A DNA stretch of 11,941 nucleotides from Paraphysomonas bandaiensis (lineage: Eukaryota; Protista; Chrysophyceae), in assembly GCA_965644295.1 (NCBI GenBank), contig CBFFRP010000518.1:1-11941 (forward strand). Direction: 5' to 3'. The notes beneath the pieces are model-generated. The model was given only the letters and a program-made list of their open reading frames with translations. It was not told the DNA's origin and did no database searches. Positions 1 to 8,721 of this stretch are shown piece by piece. The translations under genes and the position numbers were made by a program. Each line of letters begins with the position of its first letter. The stretch's first letter is position 1.

Positions 1-1
1 C

Positions 2-261
2 GTACACACTTTTTTTATCCTACAATTTAACGCTACAAAAGCTGCTTGTGTGTCGCCGCAAGCACCAAGGTGCAACCACTTCCGCTCTGAGTTCTTAAGG
101 TGAACATCCCGGATGCTTGACTTCAGCAGGCAGCCCAATACCCCGGTTACCCTTCAGGTGGGCCCTGTCCCGGATGCCCTTCAGGTGGGCCTATTTCCGG
201 ATGCCTGTTTATTCGTCAGGACCCAAAGACGTCTACACAAGTGACATTTATTGGTTTCCCT
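2..261 (+). repeat. Repeat copy A (inverted relative to copy C at 1218-1422); may continue upstream of the window
   Basis: Aligns by eye to the reverse complement of 1218-1422, e.g. shared GAACATCCCGGATGCTTGACTTCAGCAGGCAGCCCAATACCCCGGTTACCCTTCAGGTGGGCCC and CCCAAAGACGTCTAC. Copy A carries small insertions and a 27-bp duplication that copy C lacks. Confidence 0.95.
150..203 (+). repeat. 27-bp imperfect tandem duplication inside repeat copy A
   Basis: 150-176 CCCTTCAGGTGGGCCCTGTCCCGGATG and 177-203 CCCTTCAGGTGGGCCTATTTCCGGATG; single copy in repeat C. Confidence 0.9.
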
Positions 262-318
262 AACATTGTGTAGTAACTTTAGTGTATATTATATTACTAC
301 ACAATGTTAGGGAAACCA
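252..318. repeat. Perfect 25-bp inverted repeat (hairpin/cruciform) with 17-nt spacer
   Basis: 252-276 TGGTTTCCCTAACATTGTGTAGTAA is the exact reverse complement of 294-318 TTACTACACAATGTTAGGGAAACCA. Confidence 0.95.
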
Positions 319-420
319 CAATGATGAGTCAACTTTCAAAGGCAGATCATCAAACACTCCAAGTCCAAGTTGTATTCCATCCTTCGTCTGACGTAGAAGA
401 GCACAATTATAGTAGTCAAT

Positions 421-666
421 GTCTTATTATTAGCAATAGCCGTGTAACAGTCAGAACTAATTTAGCATTGCAATTTAACTAACTAGCTAACTAGTGCTTA
501 ACTCTGATATCCTACTATTTTACGCTACGAAAGTTTCTTGTGCATCACCACATTCGCTCTATCACTCAAAGCAAACGCAGTGAGCAAACAGAATGTTGAT
601 ATATATGACATCTGCCAATTTCAGGATTTTTGAGTCTTTAAGGTTAACAGCCCAGATGCTTGACTT
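421..666 (+). repeat. Repeat copy B, degenerate and interrupted, same orientation as copy A
   Basis: 508-560 (TATCCTACTATTTTACGCTACGAAAG...CGCTCT) and 632-666 (GAGTCTTTAAGGTTAACAGCCCAGATGCTTGACTT) match copies A/C, separated by a ~70-nt insertion. 421-443 matches the reverse complement of ~1495-1518. Confidence 0.75.
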
Positions 667-1217
667 TTGACTGCTCTACACGTAAACCTTAATCTTGCTT
701 TGTTTAACATAATTCACTTTTTCTAGAAAGAAATTATAGCTACTAATTTGAACACTTCACTACATATTCGTGTAACACCTGGTAAAACATCTGTTCTCAG
801 CAACACCTGTTTATCATATGTTCACCAGTCACTCCTATACTTATATAGTACATAACTCACTTCATTTGCACAATATAAATAACATCATATATATTGCAGA
901 ACTCAACAGACGCAATCTTATTTATAGTCTATATATTCTACACATTTCAGTTTGTCTAAAGCTATCTCATAGCATAATATCAAAACTGAATAGAATACTG
1001 TCTCTAACAATTGTATCAATCAAGTAGCGGTTAAAACCCAAAATCTTAGAAATAGAGCTTTCAATTTCAGAGATAGTTTCGTCACCCTCAACAAAGTCGG
1101 ACTCGCACCTTTTCGTGGTGTTCTGGGGGATAAGTACCGGAGAGATTCTCTCTGGGAAACTAACATAGTCAGCAGGTATTCTTCTGCCCACTCATAGCCG
1201 AATGCTTGTGTGGTACA

Positions 1218-1422
1218 AGGGACACCAATAAGCGTAGACGTCTTTGGGCCCTGACGAATTAACAGGCATCCGGGAATGGGCCCACCTGAAGGGTAACCGG
1301 GGTATTGGGCTGCCTGCTGAAGTCAAGCATCCGGGATGTTCATCTTAAGAACGCAGAGCGGAAGCGGTCGACGCACAAGCAGCTTCCGTAGCGGTGAATA
1401 GTAGGATAAAAAAAGTGTGTAC
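1218..1422 (-). repeat. Repeat copy C (inverted partner of copy A); weaker similarity to copy B extends to ~1518
   Basis: Reverse complement reads GTACACACTTTTTTTATCCTACTATTCACCGCTACGGAAGCTGCTTGTG...GACGTCTACGCTTATTGGTGTCCCT, colinear with 2-261. Confidence 0.95.
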
Positions 1423-1851
1423 TGATTAGTTACAGGTAGAGGTCTAACTAGTTTGTCTAGCATTCATCTAGTTACTAAGTTGTGCAGGTTTTTAACGCCT
1501 ATTGCTTATTAATAAGACTTTCAATATAGTTTCGTCATTAACCGTTAGCTTAATTCGCGAAGAATGCTGCTTGATTTTCAATTGTTCTGATGAAAAAGGC
1601 GAGTAATTCACATGATTAACTTTCAAAGTAAACGATAACTAAACTCAGTAAGCAGAGCACTGAACTTATTAAATATTGTGATAAACATTTCCCATCATTC
1701 ACAGCAACTTATTGCATTGATTTGCTCCCCATCCACCAAAAAAGTACAATACTAAATAGCTGCGATCTCATATAGTCATCATATTTCATTTTATCTAATA
1801 TATTTCATCGCAATCATTCATCTTCGTTTAACAACGATCAACTCGCCCTTG

Positions 1852-3617
1852 TCAAGGCAATAACATGGCCGCTTTCAACATTGCTGGAAAATTAGGGGTT
1901 CCATAACCTACCCAGAGAGTATTAGTCATTTGGTCAGCTCTTAGACAGCATACATAGTTACCTGTAATGGGATCCCATCCCTCAGATGCCTGAAATCCAT
2001 CAGAACCACACCCTGGGTTGTTTCCACTCGTGACATCATTAAAAACCTCCGGGTGTGCGTATATAAAGGGGTTCAGAAAACCCATTGGCGACTTTCCAGC
2101 GCCTATTCGTGCGTCGTTGAGCATGGCGACGATACCTCCAAATGTTGGCGACGAGCAGCTGGTGCCGGCAACAGATGGGAGTGTCATACCGTTGTTAATT
2201 ACAACGTAGCCCGTGCCTTGAGCAGACACATCCGGAAAACCTCTGCCAGTGGAATTGTAAAGCTCAGGATCAGGAAGATAGCTCGCAGTGGAAAGGTATT
2301 CAGTGACAGCAAAATCTTGCCAGGCTGGACGGCGCCACCTGCACTTGTGTCAAAATAAACTACGGTACCTCTCAGATATTACTACCTATTAGAGAATCCT
2401 CCCGACGACAACTGTGCCCCTATTTCGGGATTGGAGGATGTCGTTGCTCCCACTGATGTAACGTATGGCGAGTCCGCCGGATACTGTGGAGTGAACGTGG
2501 TGCAGGGTCCAAACGCCGATCCAACTCCGCTATCTCCAGATGCAAAAATAAAGGAAATTCCCCTCAGGGAATTTTTCATAAACTCTTCATTCATTCTGGA
2601 GGCGTACTCCGACGAGACAGAAGCCTCATCCTCCCCATAGCTCGTGGAGAATACCAACGGTGGGTCCGATGTGTTGCCCAGCACATAGAGCCAGTCGAGA
2701 AAGGGTTCATTCTCGGTGTTATTAGGTTGGCGCCCAGCAAATGACCAGAACTCAGTTCGAACGCCTGCACCCAACGTAGACATGTATTCTACGTCTAGCG
2801 AGGCCTCAACACCGGCACCTTTACCATTCGGTCCCAATACCTCTGCGATGGGTGTTCCAAGTAGTTGAGGAAAGTATTGGTTATAGAAACTCTGTAGGTC
2901 AGCTTCTGAATAATACTGATGCAAAAAGGCGGTTACACCTATAACATTATTAGGCAATTATTACTATCATATCAGTAAACCTTGTCTAGTTGAAGATTTC
3001 CCCCCCATTGTGCTGCCCAGTCCGTAGAGTTCTCTCAAGCTATCGGGGGTATTTTGCTGTAAGTCAGTGGAATCTACCCCATTGTACGTAACACGAAGAG
3101 GACGGGGGAAGTTTACTGTGGGTGCGACGAAATCAACGTGATCAGCCACAGTTGTGGGGAGAGAATACTCCTCGCATCTCAATGTTTGTTGGCCAAGTCG
3201 TGAATGCATGTATGTACGATACGTTGCCGACAAAATTTTCTCAGCCGTACGGACAGCAACATGAGCTCTTAAAAAACCAGAAGATATACTGATGTTGTAA
3301 ACCCCAAATTCTCTGAGATATGAAGAAACAGCATCAAAAGACTCTGCTGGCGGCCTCACAATATTTTCTATATCCTCGAGACTAAGAAGTTTACCGTAGT
3401 TTTCACTTTTTGGAGACGAAATATCGATTAATCTGTGTTTGAGTTCCTCGATATTTCTGTGCTTGACAGCAAATGTCAATTCAATGAACTTCCCCTCAAC
3501 TGATGATTGACTGTCGACGATCCACTCCTTACCCCTCCGGGCGTCTGTTTCCAGGTAGCGACGACTCAGCACAAGAGAAACAAGCGCACTTAGAACGACA
3601 AGACGTAACGTCATCAT
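1852..3617 (-). CDS. TPP1: Tripeptidyl-peptidase I-like / sedolisin (peptidase family S53) preproenzyme, ~540 aa; exons 3617-2981, 2938-2386, 2338-1962, 1907-1852
   Basis: Signal peptide (MMTLRLVVLSALVSLVLS); activation prodomain (ISSPKSENYGKLLS, YSLP..VADHVDFV); catalytic Glu/Asp EASLDVEY; oxyanion Asp FASGDSG; GRGFPDVSA; catalytic Ser AGTSCSSP; Ca-binding tail DVTSGNNPGC..GWDPITGYGTPNF. GT-AG introns of 42, 47 and 54 nt give a continuous 1623-nt frame. Confidence 0.95.
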
Positions 3618-4196
3618 GATGATGACGGTTGGTTAGATATTGTGGCTGCCTTTTCAATTTTCTGCACCACTATCAGCACAAGAAAGGTCCTGTAATTTTC
3701 GTTAAATGCCTGTGCGAGGTGCCGTTCAGATCTTATCACATACAGCAAAACAACTTAACTTGGGGGGAGGGTATGTATATTGTGCTATCTTCGTAGCACA
3801 TATCTTTGTGTCTGTAATGTGTATGAAGAGTATTCCTACCATGCCATACATAGATACATAGGTAGGAACTACATACAATACAGAAGCTGCATACTCTGCA
3901 TACGCAAGTACAGCAAGTTGGTTGCGTTTTTCCCATTAACAAAGCTCGTGTAGTGGGTGTAGGTGGGAGGATTTTGTGTATGGTTGCTTGAAGAATATTA
4001 ATACAACGAACACCTACAGAGTGACAGAGTGCTAGAGTGGAGGAATCGTCTGTGAGGTGTATACGGACATACCATTAAACAAATTCTCCGTTTAATGTGG
4101 TGTATGATAACGCTGGGGATAGTATGAGTTAGAGCTTGTAAAATAATATTCTTTAACGTCGTATCCTTCCAGGCTGATAATTGAAACCTTTCCGAA
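3618..4196. promoter_or_regulatory. Divergent intergenic region (TPP1-like / MscS-like), probably including a spliced 5' UTR of the MscS gene
   Basis: Head-to-head genes 579 bp apart; plus-strand donor-like GTATGT at 3771 and pyrimidine-rich acceptor-like TCCTTCCAG ending at 4172, 25 nt before the ATG. Confidence 0.4.
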
Positions 4197-6463
4197 ATGC
4201 AGCCTCCATTCTCTGAGAAAAAAAACTGGGAGGATGAAATCTTGAATAACATCGAATGCCGAAAAGAAACTAACTCTTCGCAGGATAGTATCGGAACAGA
4301 TTCAGATGCTTTTATGTACCCGCTCTCAGGATATGGACGAAAATACTTTTTGGTACTCCCATCGAAACTCATTATAAGCATTTACTGCGCAATTAAACTT
4401 CGTGTGGTGCACTTTGCTTTCGTAGCAGTGGCTCTATGCCTGCTTCTCTATGCCCGGGGTGAATTTTCAGACAACCACTCTTATCTGTTGGGGGTATCTC
4501 CTAGAGACTGGGGAGAGTTCACTGTTGTAGTTTTTGTCATAGATATATGCACTGCAATAGCGGACCATCTTTTTCTTTTTTTATTCGAATCACTTTGGAT
4601 CGGTTCATATGAGGTTGTGTATTATATGTACTCCGTTCACGGACCTCTCGGTAGACTTCTGACTGTGGCCATCATAGTAAATTTTTTCTCTGGTATGAAA
4701 GTGCTGTCAACTGTGAGTAACATTCGACCCGTCGTGACTACCTTGATTGTCTTGGTAATTTTGTATACCGTAAAGGAGTACTTTATTCGCAAAAACTACA
4801 CCCGTTTGCTTGAACTACGCCTTAAAAGTCGGTTAACAGAAATTGAGCTATGGACGAATATTCTCTCTATTATTGCATGTAGACAGAGCATTCACGGAGA
4901 AGTAGGATCTGACGGGGAAGACTCTTTAGGCGGGGAGACCGGAGAGGTTGTCCTCTCTCCTATGCATGTGGGGGGAGGACGCCCAGAGCGACGACCCTCT
5001 GGAAAAGCACTATCTGTTGTTAACAAGGTATCCGACTTTTTCACCGATATGGCGAAGCAACAGGACACTGGCATGGACGAGGTCGAGATAGAAGAATGGG
5101 AGATGGAAGGCGACGCTGCGCATTCAAGTGGGAGAACATTTTGGCGAAGAGTACGCACCCTGAGAACGGGAAGTCTTAAGGTAACAACATGCTTTGGGAC
5201 AATAGTTATGCGGCGACGCAAACACGCTGTCTCCTTTGGGCGACAACTTTACCTGCACATGACCTGCGGTGGTACAAAGGTTTTTTCCGCTGCGATTCTT
5301 TGCGACCTGCTTCGATCGGCCTGCCAGTCTGGTGTTAGCCCATTCCTCAATCATGAAAATATAGAGGAAGAAGTTGTTAAGGCTGCACTAGAGCTGTTTC
5401 GTTTCAACGACGAGAGCAATGTGGAAGTCATCACGCAGGCAAAGGTTGTTGCTGGGATTGTGCGGGTTTTTAAGGAAATAAAATTTGCGGCGGCATCGTT
5501 GCATGATCTACAGAATCTGCATAGATCAGTGCTTAATATAGTAGACATTATATTCTGGATACTAATGTTTCTGGTTGCTCAAGCTATTCTTAAATTCGAC
5601 ACTTCAGAGATGCTGGCTCCTTTGTTAACAGTCCTGTTTGGCCTTTCCTTCGCCTTTGGGCCCGTTGTTGCTAATATATTCATGTCTGTGGCGTTCGTAA
5701 TGCTAATGCTACCATTCGACGTCGGTAACAGGGTGGTGATTGGACGGGACCAGACAACAGGAATAGTTGGAAATATTATATCTATCTGTCTCATGCACAC
5801 CACAATACTAACCAGGTTTAACGAAAAAGTGAGTTGTTTGTGAGCTTTGTAAGAGTACTATTTGTTATTCATCTGTGTGTTTAGTTGAGAATTCCTAATC
5901 ACACGCTCTTCCATGAAAAGATTATTAATCTGAATGAGAGCAATGCATCTACATTTGAAATATTGGTAGACTTTGCACTGGACGGTCCACACGCTGTTTC
6001 TGCGGTTCGTATCTGTCTGTATATGCACAGCTGCTACTTGTTCGAGGAATGTTTCAATACTTAATTTGTTTGATAGTCGACGATATCGGATTACTGCAAG
6101 GTGCTGGAAAGGTATTGTAAGGTAGAAAAGAAGTCTGAATGGTCTGACCTGACAGTCTTCAACTACGGTTTGAGTTATCCTTCTAACACTATCAAGTACG
6201 GTATATGGGCTACGCACAAGGGAAGCTGGCACGAAGTAGGTCGTGTGCATGCATGTACATCGCACAAATCATATGTTGTGCAGGTGAACAGAGTTTGGTA
6301 CGCAAGGGGAGCGCTACTCGATCGCATGAGGCAGGCACAGTTAGACCTGGGCATCAAATACATGAAGCTAACGGACCCTGTTCACATCTCCGGTTCAGTA
6401 GAAGGAAAGATGCAACGTGGTCCACCAGCACCAGAAACTAATTCAGACTCTACATTGTGGTGA
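4197..6463 (+). CDS. MscS-like (eukaryotic MSL/Msy-type) mechanosensitive ion channel, ~696 aa; exons 4197-5828, 5885-6004, 6077-6235, 6284-6463
   Basis: Four N-terminal hydrophobic helices, a long cytosolic loop, then TM helices with GLSFAFG..ANIFMSVAFV, the MscS motifs PFDVGNRVVIG and ICLMHTT, and (after splicing) LRIPNHTL..KIINLNES. GT-AG introns of 56, 72 and 48 nt keep frame. The in-frame TGA at 4182 supports ATG 4197 as the start. Confidence 0.9.
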
Positions 6464-7203
6464 GTTCGCTGCATTAATTTGGTGTCATTCTTTCTACAAG
6501 AGACCAAAGACAATTTCTTTAAATGTGCACAATATTTGGTTTAGGGTTCAGTCTGCCTTGTTAGTGCTATACATACTTAGGTGTACTAATTTCTATTATC
6601 ATTTTCATTTCAATGAAGAAGGCATTATTAATCTTTTACGTAAGAGTACAGAACTCCGTAAACACACACCCAATTCAGTTTATGATAAACATTTCATTAA
6701 ACCGATGTACGACAGCATTTATTTAGCCACTGTATTCTTATCTAATTTTTACAGTTCAAAAACCTTAAACAACAGTATTTAATTGTTCAAAGAGCAGCTC
6801 AACATCTGTTATGAGAAATGTTTTGTGGCCGTTACAAAGAAGATGTATATCTACTTAGGGATCGTTTTCTGTGTTGATGGCGTACGACAATCCAATGTTA
6901 TCACTTTCAATGATTGCGTTGATGCGGCAACACAAAAGAGCTGCACGGAACTGATGTTATCATACTCTCCGTGGCATTCTACCTACTTATTTTAGTGCTT
7001 TATAACGATTAAGTTGAAGCGCTATAAGCAACTACAAGGCCGTGGCTACCAAATCATTTAGAAGAAAAATGTTTAAACAAGAGCAAACAATGCGGCACTG
7101 GCTCTCTTAAAGGTAGCTTTTTTTTTTTCAAGAATGCAATGTATCCTGATTAAATTACACAATCAAACACTCTGTATAAAAACTATTTTCGCATGCCTCA
7201 GTA

Positions 7204-8259
7204 TTAAGGTGTTATGAGTGCAGCTTTGGCATCATTCCACTTTTCTTCAAACATTCTTTTTAGTTCTACAGCTTTTTCATGTTGAGGAGCGTCAGGACTA
7301 TAATATAGCGTCACATTGTTGAACATGGTGTGGAAATCTCTTTCGAAGGCTTCTGGGGTACTATACATACCATTTTCGAGCCTTTCCTGCATGTGAGGCG
7401 GAGCTTAAAGCCAATAAAACAGAATAGTACAGAATAGATTCATACCTTTATATTCCGTAGAGTACATTCCTGCATAACTTTCTCATAGAAACCCGGAAGT
7501 TGAATTCGTTCACAGTTTTCTCTGGTTATAATGCTAAAGAAAGGAATAGCAATACTGGGTTCCATTTCTAAATCCCAGAATCCATCGAATATCTTCTGGA
7601 GGACCGGTTGAAGAATTTCAGGCCTCACAACTGTGCCAGTTTGGGCAGGCTGCTCTGTTTGCCGCCTGCGGCTAGGACGAAACCGCTTCCGGGCAGCAGC
7701 AAGACTCTCCTCATCGTTCTCCTCATCGGACAAGATTGTGTTACGTGCAATATTGCTGCCGGATGACATTGAGGGCTGACGACGTTTTCGGTCAGTAGAG
7801 CGTGTAGTAGAGGGAAGAGGCTTTCGAGCTCCCGACCGGCCAATACTTGGAGGAGGTTGAGAATCATGAACGATATGCTGCACTCTGGTATCGGGCTTCA
7901 CTGGGTCGATTTGAAGGCGAGACAAATAGTCTGCAGATATCTGTTTAGATACACCAGTTATATTTTGAGCTAAACAACCTTTAGGGAATAGTTCAATACG
8001 TGCATCAAATGAAGATAAAGCGATGTCCAAGAGGCCTATTTCTGGTATGAATACAGAGTTGAAACAACCACTATATGTTACCAGCTGGAATCCGTTTCTC
8101 ATCTTCTGATAGACTGAACGGTCTGATTAAATGGTCCAGTCCTTTCTCCATTTTCTTCTTGGCATACTGACTTGTTTCAGCGAAATGCTCTCGATAATGT
8201 AAAATGTCATATTTTTTAAGTACAGCTGTCACAGCATCTGCTGAGTTTGTTGACGACAT
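7204..8259 (-). CDS. C-terminal bromodomain-containing protein (atypical), ~318 aa; exons 8259-8082, 8041-7446, 7386-7204
   Basis: The spliced product contains AIPF...LPGFYEKV..ECTLRNIK|ERLENGMYSTPEAFERDFHTMFNNVTLYYSPDAPQHEKAVELKRMFEEKW, which follows the bromodomain pattern (PF..P.YY..I..PMDL..I..RL....Y.....F..D..L.F.N...YN). Basic NLS-like RKRR and RKRFRPSRRR segments. GT-AG introns of 40 and 59 nt join three listed ORFs in frame. Confidence 0.85.
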
Positions 8260-8721
8260 GCTCTGCTCACTCTATTCCGTAAGTAATTAACCCTAAGCAT
8301 GCATTGTGTCACTTTTCCGAGCTATTAACAAGGTGATCGGTATATTGGTACACGTACACTGGTAGACGTACACACGTACACCTGGTACAGCGGTACTCCG
8401 TGCTGCTACTGTGTGGAATCGAATCACGTGTACAGTACGTATTCCATTCTGCTGTATTTCTGTATATGAAAAGTCATCAAAATATCTACTCTTGCTTCAA
8501 AAAAATATTCCGGACAGGGATAAAGGGTGCACCTACACATATGTACATATATGTACTGTATGTACAGGAGATCGCTTTACAACGTTATTATTACTCCATC
8601 AGCATTACGACAGAGCTCCAGGACTGCTGGTCATTTCTGGTAAACCTTGGCGCCATGATTTATACCCATTGTCCTGGTGCCCTTATCTTTCCCTGTTCCA
8701 CTGAGGTTCGTTTGTAATCAG
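8260..8721. promoter_or_regulatory. Divergent intergenic/promoter region between the bromodomain and PHD-C2 genes, with a GTAC cluster
   Basis: Head-to-head ATGs 462 bp apart; 11 GTAC tetramers in 8348-8565; TAACCCTAA at 8288-8296. Confidence 0.5.

Larger units (their letters stand above)
5..1419. mobile_element. Possible non-autonomous foldback/TIR element (~1.4 kb, long imperfect TIRs, TA flanks)
   Basis: Inverted copies end in CACACT...AGTGTG flanked by TA at 3-4 and 1420-1421; AT-rich interior; no transposase ORF. The left edge coincides with the window start and copy B suggests a longer repeat unit, so the boundaries are uncertain. Confidence 0.4.

Noticed and set aside
774-810. Three AACAYCTG motifs
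   Set aside because: Too short and irregularly spaced to assign; not a CRISPR array or a defined regulatory element.
282-1191. Short ORFs inside the repeat complex (282-482, 818-1027, 967-1191) and a ~100-codon open minus frame across ~1020-1322
   Set aside because: No recognisable transposase, RT or recombinase motifs; short and mostly AT-rich.
1251-1300. CTGACGA (and CTGATGA at ~1588) as a hammerhead ribozyme core, as in Penelope-like elements
   Set aside because: No properly placed GAAA box or stem II/III pairing could be built by eye.
1852-3617. Link between 'TPP1' and the nearby telomere
   Set aside because: Name coincidence: this is the S53 tripeptidyl-peptidase, not the shelterin OB-fold protein TPP1/ACD.
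3706-3795. Upstream ATG (MPVRGAVQ...) as first coding exon of the MscS gene
   Set aside because: The in-frame TGA at 4182-4184 lies between the 4172 acceptor and ATG 4197, so it could only be a uORF/UTR.
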